Shown here piece after piece: positions 9,467 through 18,790 of a DNA stretch of 64,000 bases. Both the position numbers and the translations under genes were made by a program. The stretch is from Candidatus Poribacteria bacterium (GTDB lineage: Bacteria > Poribacteria > WGA-4E > PCPOR2b). The stretch covers positions 4,288,001 through 4,352,000 of the forward strand of contig OZ242326.1 in the NCBI GenBank assembly GCA_965208325.1, in the 5' to 3' direction. Every line of letters begins with the position of its first letter. Position 1 is the stretch's first letter. The notes below the pieces were generated by a model that made no database searches, had not been told where the DNA came from, and was given only the letters and a program-made list of their open reading frames with translations.

Positions 9467-10957
9467 ATGTTCCTATCATTGATGATTTTTATTCCGCTCT
9501 TGGGGATGGTTGTGGTTTTGCTCCTCCCGCGCGATCAAGAAGAGTTAGCGAGACGGGTGACGCTAGGTTTTACACTGATTCCCCTGCTACTGGCGGTAAT
9601 TCTATTTATGCAATACGACCGATCGGCTTCAGACTTGCAGTTTGATTTTGACACGGTTTGGATCAAAGCGTTCGATATTCACTATCATATCGGCATAAAC
9701 GGCATTAGCGTCACTTTGCTGCTCTTGACGGCATTGTTGGGGCCAATCTGCGTCCTGGCGTCGTGGCGGAATATTGAGAAGGGGGTCAAAGCCTATCTGG
9801 CGCTGTTCCTGCTGCTAGAGACGGGGATGATTGGCTTCTTCTGCGCTCAAGACCTATTTCTGTTCTACGTTTTCTTCGAAGTGACATTGCTGCCGATGTA
9901 TTTTCTGATTGGGATTTGGGGAGGTCCCCGCCGAGAGTATGCGGCGATAAAGTTCTTTTTGTATACACTTTTCGGCGGAGTGCTGATGCTGATTGCCATC
10001 ATTGCTGTCTACATTAAAGGCGGCACTTTTGATATTCCGAAACTAATCGCGCTTGCCGGGCAGGAAGGACATCCACTCGCAGACCGCACATTTCAGATTT
10101 GGGCGTTCTTAGGTTTCTTCATCGGCTTTGCGGTGAAGGTTCCCATCTTTCCGTTCCACACCTGGCTGCCTGACGCACACGTGGAAGCGCCAACCGCAAT
10201 TAGCGTCATCCTTGCAGGTATTCTACTGAAGATGGGCACCTATGGGTTAGTGCTTATCAATTTTGCCATGTTGCCAAAAGGCATGGAACTCTTCTGCAAC
10301 GGCGAGGGCAGGTGGGGAAACGCCTTCGCGGTACTTGGCTTTGTCAACATTGTCTATGGATCCCTGTGTGCGTTAGCACAAAAGGACTTCAAGAAACTGG
10401 TGGCTTACTCCAGTATTGCGCACATGGGATTCGTGATTTTGGGTCTCGCCGCGCGCAACGAGAGCGGGATGAACGGCGCAATTCTTCAGATGTTCAACCA
10501 CGGCGTAATTAGCGCCATGTTGTTCCTTTTGGTAGGCGTCGTTTATGACCGTGCGCATCATCGTGAAATAGGCGGTTTTGGCGGATTGGGAAGCCGGATG
10601 CCAATATATACCGGCATTACAACCGTAGCGTTTATGGCGTCGCTGGGATTGCCCGGACTCAGCGGTTTCGTCGGCGAAGCGCTGTCTTTGTTGGGAGCGT
10701 ATGACAAATTCCCGAAACTGACAATTCTTTCGACCATCGGTATTGTGATTGGCGCGGCTTATTTCCTCTGGACCTTGCAGCGGGTCTTCTTGGGACAACT
10801 CAATCCGAAATACGCGGATATGCCCGAAATAAATCGCCGCGAAATCGTAACGTTGGTACCGCTCGGTATTTTAACAATTGTACTCGGCATTTGGCCATCC
10901 TTCGCCATGGATATGTTTAATGAGGCAGTTAAGGGTTTGATTGCGCCTTTAGGTTAG
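9467..10957 (+). CDS. nuoM: NADH-quinone oxidoreductase subunit M
   Basis: KVPIFPFHTWLPDAHVEAPT and KKLVAYSSIAHMG. ATG 9467 follows AGGAGG; the ORF track uses TTG 9446. Confidence 0.96.
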   Translation: MFLSLMIFIPLLGMVVVLLLPRDQEELARRVTLGFTLIPLLLAVILFMQYDRSASDLQFDFDTVWIKAFDIHYHIGINGISVTLLLLTALLGPICVLASWRNIEKGVKAYLALFLLLETGMIGFFCAQDLFLFYVFFEVTLLPMYFLIGIWGGPRREYAAIKFFLYTLFGGVLMLIAIIAVYIKGGTFDIPKLIALAGQEGHPLADRTFQIWAFLGFFIGFAVKVPIFPFHTWLPDAHVEAPTAISVILAGILLKMGTYGLVLINFAMLPKGMELFCNGEGRWGNAFAVLGFVNIVYGSLCALAQKDFKKLVAYSSIAHMGFVILGLAARNESGMNGAILQMFNHGVISAMLFLLVGVVYDRAHHREIGGFGGLGSRMPIYTGITTVAFMASLGLPGLSGFVGEALSLLGAYDKFPKLTILSTIGIVIGAAYFLWTLQRVFLGQLNPKYADMPEINRREIVTLVPLGILTIVLGIWPSFAMDMFNEAVKGLIAPLG

Positions 10958-10998
10958 AGGCGTTCGGCCGATAACAGCCGGAGCCGGAGGTACGCAAT

Positions 10999-12474
10999 TT
11001 GGATATATTGAACAACGTCCAAAGCATTCGATATTTTATCCCCGAATTGATTTTAGTTGTATTTGCGGCAGGGGTAATCATATACGATCTAATCGGTCGG
11101 CAGGAAGGCGGCAGAAGAGGAGCCCATCTGTCACTTGCGGGACTTGCGGCGGCGCTCATCGCAGTACTCCTAGTCGGCGCAGCGGACCGCTCCCTATTCC
11201 TAGGGATGGTTCAGCTTGATAGTTTTGCGGTGTTCTTTAAGGTCATCATCTTGATAACGACCGCCGTCACAATCCTGTTTTCTATGGGTTCCGAGGAACT
11301 CGATCCGCGCACAAAAGGGGAATACTACGCGCTGCTGCTGGCAGTTACGCTGGGTATGTTCCTCATGGCGTCATCGACGCATCTGCTCATGATTTACCTC
11401 TCGATTGAAACCGTCAGCTTGGCATCATACATTTTAGCCGGCTTTTTAACGCACAGCCCGCGGTCGAGTGAAGCCGCGTTCAAGTATATCATTTACGGCG
11501 CGGTCGCGTCGGGAACTATGCTGTTCGGTATTTCGCTGATATTTGGCTTGACTGGCACGGGAGATGTCGTACAGGTCAGTAATGTGCTGGCAGAGTTGTT
11601 CAGTTCAGGCGGGGGCGACTATCAGTTAGCGGTGTTGGTGTCGATAATATTTGTCCTTGCGGGCGTCGGTTATAAAATCGCTTCTGTTCCGTTTCACATG
11701 TGGTCGCCCGATGTGTACGAAGGGGCGCCAATTCCGATAACGGCGTTTCTGTCGGTTGCTTCCAAATCTGCCGGTTTTGCACTGTTTATCCGCCTGTTTT
11801 ATTCTGGGTTTGGGTCAGCAAATGTCATCGAGTCCGTTGATTGGTCGTTACTGTTAGCCGTCGTTGCCGCCTTAACCATGACGGTTGGTAATCTGGCGGC
11901 GCTACCACAGCAGAATGTCAAGCGCCTGCTTGCGTACTCCAGCATTGCGCACGGCGGGTACGTGCTCATGGGCGGCGTCTTACTGACTGCCGAAGGCGTT
12001 CACGCAATTCTTTTTTACCTCATCATTTACCTCTTCATGAATTTGGGCGCTTTCTTCGTTGTTATTCTTATCGCGGAACGGATTGGCAGTGAGACCATCG
12101 ACGGGTACCGCGGGCTTGTTACCCGTGCGCCGTTAGTGGCGATATCCATGGGGATTTTCCTCTTTTCTCTGACCGGCATCCCGCCGCTTTCTGGATTTAT
12201 TGGTAAATGGCTGCTTTTTAAGGCGGTACTGACCGAAGAATTCTACTGGTTGGCGATTGTTGGCTTGCTTAACAGCGTTGTATCTCTGTATTACTACGTG
12301 CGAATTGTTAAAGCCATGTTTCTGGATTCGTCGGACGAGCCTAACCCCGTATCCTTTTCCATAGGCAGCCGCGCATTGCTCGTGGTGTTTGTTGTACCGA
12401 CAATCATATTAGGGCTTTATTGGACGCCAGTGTATCAGTTGTCTAAGGCATCGCTCGGAAAAATCCTGGGCTAA
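10999..12474 (+). CDS. nuoN: NADH-quinone oxidoreductase subunit N
   Basis: KIASVPFHMWSPDVYEGAP and KRLLAYSSIAHGG; TTG start 8 nt after GGAGG. Confidence 0.96.
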   Translation: MDILNNVQSIRYFIPELILVVFAAGVIIYDLIGRQEGGRRGAHLSLAGLAAALIAVLLVGAADRSLFLGMVQLDSFAVFFKVIILITTAVTILFSMGSEELDPRTKGEYYALLLAVTLGMFLMASSTHLLMIYLSIETVSLASYILAGFLTHSPRSSEAAFKYIIYGAVASGTMLFGISLIFGLTGTGDVVQVSNVLAELFSSGGGDYQLAVLVSIIFVLAGVGYKIASVPFHMWSPDVYEGAPIPITAFLSVASKSAGFALFIRLFYSGFGSANVIESVDWSLLLAVVAALTMTVGNLAALPQQNVKRLLAYSSIAHGGYVLMGGVLLTAEGVHAILFYLIIYLFMNLGAFFVVILIAERIGSETIDGYRGLVTRAPLVAISMGIFLFSLTGIPPLSGFIGKWLLFKAVLTEEFYWLAIVGLLNSVVSLYYYVRIVKAMFLDSSDEPNPVSFSIGSRALLVVFVVPTIILGLYWTPVYQLSKASLGKILG

Positions 12475-12477
12475 ACC

Positions 12478-12506
12478 TTGACAAAAATCTGAGTTACTGT
12501 TATAAT
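12478..12506 (+). promoter_or_regulatory. Consensus sigma70 promoter of the tRNA pair
   Basis: TTGACA, 17 bp, TATAAT, 12 nt upstream of tRNA-Gln. Confidence 0.85.
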
Positions 12507-12518
12507 TCTACATGGCTT

Positions 12519-12592
12519 TGCCGGGTCGTCTAATGGTAGGACGCATGGCTCTGGACCATGTCGCGAGGGTTCGAGTCCTTCCCCGGCAGCCA
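12519..12592 (+). tRNA. tRNA-Gln(CUG)
   Basis: Acceptor stem TGCCGGG/CCCGGCA; anticodon arm CATGG-CT-CTG-GA-CCATG; GGTTCGAGTCC T-arm; encoded CCA. Confidence 0.96.
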
Positions 12593-12601
12593 ATTTATCA
12601 C

Positions 12602-12673
12602 GGCGCTATCGTCTAGGGGTTAGGACGGGTGGTTCTCAGCCATCAAACCGGGGTTCGATTCCCCGTAGCGCTA
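12602..12673 (+). tRNA. tRNA-Glu(CUC)
   Basis: Acceptor GGCGCTA/TAGCGCT; anticodon arm GGTGG-TT-CTC-AG-CCATC; GGTTCGATTCC; CCA not encoded. Confidence 0.95.
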
Positions 12674-12700
12674 TCTCCGAAAATTTACTTGAATACCCAT

Positions 12701-12756
12701 AGCCGCATTCGGACGGACATATTTCCGCGCAATGAGTCCGCCGAGTGCGGCTTTTT
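12701..12756 (+). terminator. Intrinsic terminator after the tRNAs
   Basis: AGCCGCATTCGG...CCGAGTGCGGCT stem followed by TTTT. Confidence 0.75.
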
Positions 12757-12851
12757 GCGTTTGGAATCGCCTAACGAATGCAGCGCCCGCTAGCAGATAA
12801 CGCCTCCTCTATCGTTTCCTTCAATTACGAACGGAATTCATGGTTTCAGCA

Positions 12852-12880
12852 TTGACATTTGCGGCAAATCATGTTATAAT
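12852..12880 (+). promoter_or_regulatory. sigma70 promoter
   Basis: TTGACA, 17 bp, TGt-TATAAT. Confidence 0.75.
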
Positions 12881-13036
12881 GTGTTAAGTAAACATAAAAG
12901 GAAATGGAACAGCTGTTATTTGGAGGTAAAATTCTATCATCCATCGATATTCAACGCCCGTGAGCAGGCGTAAGCCGATGATTCCATAGCATCGTCAGAG
13001 AAATAACAATCGCATCTCACAATTAGGAGCCGTAAT

Positions 13037-13453
13037 ATGAAGTTACTTATAGTCTTCACAATTTCCCTGTGTTTATTGAGTTGTCAAGTCGACAAACCAC
13101 GTGTGAGTTTCGGCAAGAATGTTGATAATATCCAGGAGCAAGTTAGAGAATTGGAAAAGAAAGTTGCGAATCTCGAGAAGCGAGTCGCCGCAAATGAGAA
13201 GCGAATTGTTGTGAATGAAGAACGAATCACCGTAATTGAACTGAAAATGTCTATTTCTAAAGCCAACCGCATCGCCATGATTGAAACCTTGAATCAAAAC
13301 GGCTATGATGGCGGCGGTTGGGCTGCCGAAGTTGACGCGTTCTTTGATGGACTTACTGAGGAGCAACGGAAGGAGTTCGTTAAAGTACCAATGGAAGATT
13401 TCGTGGACTTGATGCATTCATACGGACTTACTTTCCCTTGGGAACGGCGATAA
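13037..13453 (+). CDS. Hypothetical lipoprotein with coiled coil
   Basis: AGGAG RBS; signal peptide with LLSC lipobox; heptad repeat VRELEKKVANLEKRVAANEKRI. Confidence 0.7.
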   Translation: MKLLIVFTISLCLLSCQVDKPRVSFGKNVDNIQEQVRELEKKVANLEKRVAANEKRIVVNEERITVIELKMSISKANRIAMIETLNQNGYDGGGWAAEVDAFFDGLTEEQRKEFVKVPMEDFVDLMHSYGLTFPWERR

Positions 13454-13483
13454 ACCATACAACGGAGGAGGGAATAGTATCGC

Positions 13484-15418
13484 ATGGAACGCGCTCAACA
13501 ACTGCTTACCGAGAAATTTGGCTTCGACCAATTTCTGCCCGGACAGACGGAAGTCATCCAACACTTGCTCGCCAAACGTTCAGCGCTTGCAATCTTTCCC
13601 ACAGGCGGCGGGAAATCGCTTTGCTACCAGTTGCCGGCGCTCACCTTCGACGGTGTAACGGTTGTAATCTCGCCGCTGATTGCCTTGATGAAAGATCAGA
13701 TTGATTTCCTAAAAAGCCGCGGCATTCCAGCCGAGCGGCTCGACTCAACCTTGTCTACCGAAGAATCAAGGTCTGTCATGTCTGCATTATCGTCTGGTGA
13801 ATTGCGCCTCCTGTACGCCGCACCGGAGCGATTTAGCAACGAACGCTTTTTGCACGCAATGAAGCGCACGAAGGTCTCAATGTTTGCTGTTGATGAAGCG
13901 CATTGCATCTCGGAATGGGGTCACAACTTTCGACCGGATTACCTTAAACTCGCTCGATTGGCAAAGGAATGTGGTGCGGAGCGATTGTTTGCATTGACAG
14001 CAACGGCGACGCCTAAGGTGGCGAAAGACATCTGCGCAGGATTCGGCATATCGGGTGAATGCGTTGTTCGGACCGGTTTTTACCGAAAGAACCTCAAAGT
14101 GTTAACCACCTCAATAACCGCTGACGGCCGCGACAGGGCGTTGGTCGAAAGGTTGAACGGACTTCCCAAAGGCCCCACAATCGTCTACGTCACTCTGCAA
14201 AAGACAGCGGAGCAAGTCGCAGACAACCTCGCCTCGGCAGGACTTCCGGCACGAGCCTATCATGCTGGAATGAAAGATGAGCATCGGACTGAAGTGCAAG
14301 AGTGGTTCATGGGCTCAGACCAAGGCATTGTGGTGGCTACCATTGCATTCGGCATGGGTATCGATAAGTCAAACATTCGCTATATCTACCATTATAATCT
14401 GCCAAAGAGCCTTGAGAATTTTTCGCAGGAGATAGGGCGCGCCGGGCGGGATGGAGAAAATTCGATTTGCCAGATGTTTGTCTGTCTTGATGATGTTTGT
14501 ACACTTGAAAACTTTGCCTATGGGGACACACCAAGCCGAAACGCAATCAGGGGTTTAGTCGGGGAAATTTTCTCCTTTTCTGGCCAGTTCGACGTTAGTC
14601 TATATGAACTTTCGAGGCGCCATGACATTCGGCATTTAGTGATACGGACGCTGTGCGTGAAAATGGAACTTTACGGTTATCTACAGGAACTGACCCCGTT
14701 CTACAGCCGTTACAAATTTCAACCGCTTGTTTCGTCGTCTGAAATTTTATCGAGGTTTGAAGGTGAACGCCGGCAATTCCTGACATCGGTTTTCAACAAA
14801 ACTAAAAAAGCCAAGATTTGGTGTCACATCAATCTTGATGAAGCGGCAGCCGCGATTGATTGCTCCCGCGATCGAATAGTGCGGGCTTTGGACTACCTCG
14901 AAGAGCAGGGATTGTTGAAAGTGCAGCCCGAAGGGGTTCGTAATCGCTTTGTAGTTCTCAAGCAGCCCGATGACCTCGATCAGCTAACCGATGCGCTGTT
15001 TCAAAACGCACTTGAACTTGAAAAGCGTGAGGTAGAACGGATAGGACAAGTTATTGATTTGGCATCGTACGACGGGTGCCAAGTCGCACACTTAGCCGCG
15101 CACTTCGGTGAAATACTCCCTCGCCACTGCGGACATTGTGCTTGGTGTTTAAACGGCCGTCAACCTACGAGCCTTTTACCCGCCAAACCGGGGGCAATTG
15201 ATGAAGGACTGTGGAAGCAACTGCTTGATGCGTGGCATGGCCAAGATGAGCTAATTGACGACGCCCGTTCAATAGCCCGATTCGCGTGCGGCATTACCTC
15301 TCCACGATTAACGCAGACTAAAATGTCGAGACATCCGCTTTTCGGATGCCTTGCCCACGTCCGATTTGATGAGATTCATAAGCGCGCCCAAACGGTTGCA
15401 CAAGATTCAAAGCGTTAA
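13484..15418 (+). CDS. recQ: RecQ-family ATP-dependent DNA helicase (no HRDC evident)
   Basis: PTGGGKSLCYQLPA, VDEAHCISEWGHNFRP, ATIAFGMGIDK, QEIGRAGRDG; Zn-binding CQ...CGHCAWC. Confidence 0.92.
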   Translation: MERAQQLLTEKFGFDQFLPGQTEVIQHLLAKRSALAIFPTGGGKSLCYQLPALTFDGVTVVISPLIALMKDQIDFLKSRGIPAERLDSTLSTEESRSVMSALSSGELRLLYAAPERFSNERFLHAMKRTKVSMFAVDEAHCISEWGHNFRPDYLKLARLAKECGAERLFALTATATPKVAKDICAGFGISGECVVRTGFYRKNLKVLTTSITADGRDRALVERLNGLPKGPTIVYVTLQKTAEQVADNLASAGLPARAYHAGMKDEHRTEVQEWFMGSDQGIVVATIAFGMGIDKSNIRYIYHYNLPKSLENFSQEIGRAGRDGENSICQMFVCLDDVCTLENFAYGDTPSRNAIRGLVGEIFSFSGQFDVSLYELSRRHDIRHLVIRTLCVKMELYGYLQELTPFYSRYKFQPLVSSSEILSRFEGERRQFLTSVFNKTKKAKIWCHINLDEAAAAIDCSRDRIVRALDYLEEQGLLKVQPEGVRNRFVVLKQPDDLDQLTDALFQNALELEKREVERIGQVIDLASYDGCQVAHLAAHFGEILPRHCGHCAWCLNGRQPTSLLPAKPGAIDEGLWKQLLDAWHGQDELIDDARSIARFACGITSPRLTQTKMSRHPLFGCLAHVRFDEIHKRAQTVAQDSKR

Positions 15419-15640
15419 GCCGCAACAGAAGTTTCCAATGAAACCAATCACTAAAACCAACGCCCCATTTATCGTGTGTGAAAATTCAGACACAGTCCTC
15501 AAGTTCCGTCGGAAACTTCCAATTGCAGGTTGAGTTTGCGCGCCAATACCACAGAATGAAACAGGGACATTTCCCGGATTCTCGTCCGTGAGCAGATGCG
15601 ACGCGCACGCAAAACCGCAGCCGCAATCGGGGAGTGTTGA

Positions 15641-17089
15641 ATGACACGAGACGAAGCACTGCGCATCTTGGGATTGCCTAGCGCGGCAAATCCCAACGAT
15701 ATTAAAAAGGCATACCGGAACCTCGTCAAAATTACACATCCGGATAGGGATAGTTCCCCCGGTGCACAACAACGCTTTATACTTGTTCAAACCGCATATG
15801 AGATATTAACCGACCCATACCAACAATCTGGGCACGAACAAGAACAAGCGAGACGAGAACGCGCCGCGCGGGAGCGGGCTGAGCGGGAACGTCAAGAACG
15901 GGAAGACAGAGAAAGAGTAGAACGGGAAGCACGGGCGAGAGCAGGACGAGAACATCAGGAACGTGAAAGGGCGGAAAAAGAACGCCAAGAACAAGAACGT
16001 CAGAGGAAAAAGGATGACAACAAAATTGGCGATTACATAGGCGGAGGATGTGGTTGCCTGATCATTTTCGGCATTATATCTGCCGTAATTGGGGGGATAC
16101 AAGATTCATGCGATGATAGATCGCCGAAAGCGCGTGCAATTAAACACGTTATTTCTAGGCAATATGCCGAAGCCATAGAAGATTTTGATGAGGCAATACG
16201 GCAAGACGCGACTGATGCGGACGCATATGCCCGCCGCGGCAGAGCTAAAGCTAAATTACAGCAGTATAGCGATGCTATTAAGGATTATGATGAAGCGATT
16301 CGATTGGATCCAAATAATCCCAATAGCTATATCGATCGGAGTGATGCTAATCTTGCATTGGAACGGTATGTTGATGCTATAAAGGACTATGATGAATTGA
16401 TACGACTAGATCCTAACAATCCACGCACTTATATCGATCGAGGCGATGTTAAACTTGCATCGGAACAGTATGCGAAAGCCATCGAAGACTATGATGAAGC
16501 GATTCGCTTGGATCCCAACAATCCGTATGCTCATTTTCATCGGGGTGATGCCAAAAAGAATTTAGAACAACATGCGGATGCCATTATGGACTGTGATGAA
16601 GCGATTCGTTTGGATCCCAACAATCCGCATGCGTACATTCATCGCGGTGATGTTAAACTTGCATTAGAAAAATATGCCGATGCCATTAAAGACTTCGACC
16701 AATCAATACGTCTGGATTCCCAAGATTCGTATACGCATTATGCTTATTTGTATCGTGGGCGGGGCAAATATGAAATGGGTTATTACCAGGCAGCGATATA
16801 CGACTACAACGAAGTTATACACCTAAATTCTGGATTTGTTTGGGAGGCGTTTGGTGAGCGCGGGCTCTGCAAAGCCCAGCTTGGGCAGCATGCCGCTGCC
16901 ATTGAGGATTACAACGAGGCGACACACCTCAAACCCGACAGCGCGGCGTTATATTATCGTCGCGCCTTATCTTATCTGAAATTGGGGCAGGATATTGAAT
17001 CCAACAAAGATTTCGATAAAGCAATGGAACTTGCCCAAGAACAAGGTGATACAGAACTACAGAAGAAAATCAGGAGTGCTCGTGAATAA
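15641..17089 (+). CDS. Membrane-anchored J-domain (DnaJ-like) protein with C-terminal TPR array
   Basis: IKKAYRNLVKITHPD J-domain; R/E coiled coil; TM segment; repeated AIKDYDEAIRLDPNN 34-aa TPRs. Confidence 0.9.
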   Translation: MTRDEALRILGLPSAANPNDIKKAYRNLVKITHPDRDSSPGAQQRFILVQTAYEILTDPYQQSGHEQEQARRERAARERAERERQEREDRERVEREARARAGREHQERERAEKERQEQERQRKKDDNKIGDYIGGGCGCLIIFGIISAVIGGIQDSCDDRSPKARAIKHVISRQYAEAIEDFDEAIRQDATDADAYARRGRAKAKLQQYSDAIKDYDEAIRLDPNNPNSYIDRSDANLALERYVDAIKDYDELIRLDPNNPRTYIDRGDVKLASEQYAKAIEDYDEAIRLDPNNPYAHFHRGDAKKNLEQHADAIMDCDEAIRLDPNNPHAYIHRGDVKLALEKYADAIKDFDQSIRLDSQDSYTHYAYLYRGRGKYEMGYYQAAIYDYNEVIHLNSGFVWEAFGERGLCKAQLGQHAAAIEDYNEATHLKPDSAALYYRRALSYLKLGQDIESNKDFDKAMELAQEQGDTELQKKIRSARE

Positions 17090-17202
17090 TCGTGGGAAAT
17101 ACACCAGACAGTATGATATTCGGAAGTGGTTTGAATATCTAATCTCGAGCCGAGAGAGGTCTGGCCTTCAAGACGTTTGAACACGTTCAGGGGTCTGATT
17201 CC

Positions 17203-18312
17203 TCAATTATTAGTCGTTGTTCCGTAGATGAGCCGCTGAATCGCGGCAGCGGCAGTCTGTGTGTCTCGGAGCGGTTCAACTGGCGAAGAATCTGCCAGCG
17301 CGCGCGCAATGTCTTCCTCCAGATTCTTTATGTCGCTCCACCTGACGGATGCGAGACGTAGGATTTCTTGATAGACTCGGTTGCGCTTGGGATGCCGGCG
17401 TGTCTTGCGGTCAACCTCCAGAATAATCACCCGCCTGCCGCTGCTTGCGGCTTCGCAGACCATCGAAAAGCTGTCTTCGGTGACAACCACAAGATCGGAC
17501 AATGCGAGAATCTGATTAACCGGATTGGCCAGGCTATTCTCACGGTGCGCTAATACAAGGATTGGGCAAAGCGCTGTGTTCGACAGCCGCGCGCCAATCA
17601 GATTTTCAATGTCGATCGGAGTGCGGCGGGACGTTGTCAACAGAATTTGACAGTTGCGTGTTTCATCGCTTCGGCATAAAACTTCAATCAGATGAGTTGC
17701 TGTATCTCCGCTGATTCCCGCATAGCGGTCCTCGCCGCCGATGAGCACGCCAATCCGCCGGTGGTTTGGGGCATGGATAGCTGTCGCGCCAAAGTTGGAG
17801 TTTTCAAGATATTGGGTACGCCGAGCGTCTAAATCTGCGGGCGAGATTCGGTTCGGCACGCCGATAGTCTTACATACATTGCGTTTGTCACGGCGGGGCC
17901 AGTGCATTTTGGGAAGGATAGCAAGATTAAAATGCGAAATGCCGAGCGGCGACGGGCGCCGGCAGGTAACAGTCTTTGCGTTGAAAAGCTGTCCAAGAAG
18001 CAAGTTGACGGCGGCAACGGACGACCCTGTTGAAAGGATAAGATCTGCGCGTTCAATCGCGTCAAGTTGATTTAAGACGTTTCGTTCCAGGCCCATGCGC
18101 AGGGCACACCTGATGAGCCCGCGCCGCAGTCGAAATCTAGCAATTATGCGCACCAGCACACGCAGGAGGTTGTCACGCACTTTGCTGCGGAAGGCAATGT
18201 CCAGCAACTGATAGCTGCATCCAGGGAGCTGTTGTATCACGCCTAACGACTGGTTGTAATGGCCCGGTTTGCCGTCACTCAACACAATCGCGTGGATCGT
18301 AGACTTGGACAT
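17203..18312 (-). CDS. ELM1/GtrOC1 (DUF1022) family putative glycosyltransferase-like protein
   Basis: LSDGKPGHYNQSLG, VLIGG, LTTSRRTP, VVTEDSFSMVCEAASSG. Confidence 0.85.
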   Translation of the reverse strand: MSKSTIHAIVLSDGKPGHYNQSLGVIQQLPGCSYQLLDIAFRSKVRDNLLRVLVRIIARFRLRRGLIRCALRMGLERNVLNQLDAIERADLILSTGSSVAAVNLLLGQLFNAKTVTCRRPSPLGISHFNLAILPKMHWPRRDKRNVCKTIGVPNRISPADLDARRTQYLENSNFGATAIHAPNHRRIGVLIGGEDRYAGISGDTATHLIEVLCRSDETRNCQILLTTSRRTPIDIENLIGARLSNTALCPILVLAHRENSLANPVNQILALSDLVVVTEDSFSMVCEAASSGRRVIILEVDRKTRRHPKRNRVYQEILRLASVRWSDIKNLEEDIARALADSSPVEPLRDTQTAAAAIQRLIYGTTTNN

Positions 18313-18370
18313 AATCCGTACGCTTAAAACGTAAACAGAAGCAGATTCCGCCCTGAACAGTCATTGCCTG

Positions 18371-18715
18371 TCAAAATTCAGCTAGTGCTGTTTCTTCGGA
18401 ATCAAAAACGTCAATACTCTGGGTCAGGCCAATCACGTCGAAGAGCTCCCGTGTTTGATCGGAAGTATGCGCCACACGCAAAACGTGGCCTGAGTTGCGA
18501 GCTTGCCAAATCAACTTGACGATGAGGCCAAAGCCAGCGCTTGTAATAAAACTCTGCCGATCGAAGTTAATCAGGATTTTGGTTAGTCCTTCGTTCTGTG
18601 CCTGCTGATATGCCGTGTCCATCTCCTTTTCCGATCCTTCTGTTAGGGAACCCGTCACGTCAACTATCGCCACGTCCCCAACTTTCCTGACTGAGATGTG
18701 GGTTTTTGACCACAT
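18371..18715 (-). CDS. STAS-domain anti-sigma-factor antagonist
   Basis: 114 aa; FITSAGFG phosphoacceptor motif; DVFDSEETALAEF C-terminus. Confidence 0.88.
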   Translation of the reverse strand: MWSKTHISVRKVGDVAIVDVTGSLTEGSEKEMDTAYQQAQNEGLTKILINFDRQSFITSAGFGLIVKLIWQARNSGHVLRVAHTSDQTRELFDVIGLTQSIDVFDSEETALAEF

Positions 18716-18790
18716 GCTTCTCCTTTTGGTTATGTTGTCTCTGATTGAAATTTCAACGGCTTATTTCAGATATTGTGTGTCCATATCAGG

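Noticed and set aside
12900..12990. Fluoride riboswitch
   Set aside because: P1 stem absent and the downstream gene is unrelated; kept only as an unassigned leader.
17188..17204. CAGGGGTCTGATTCCTC as an attR copy of the tRNA-Glu T-arm
   Set aside because: Only 13/17 match, no acceptor-stem duplication and no integrase.
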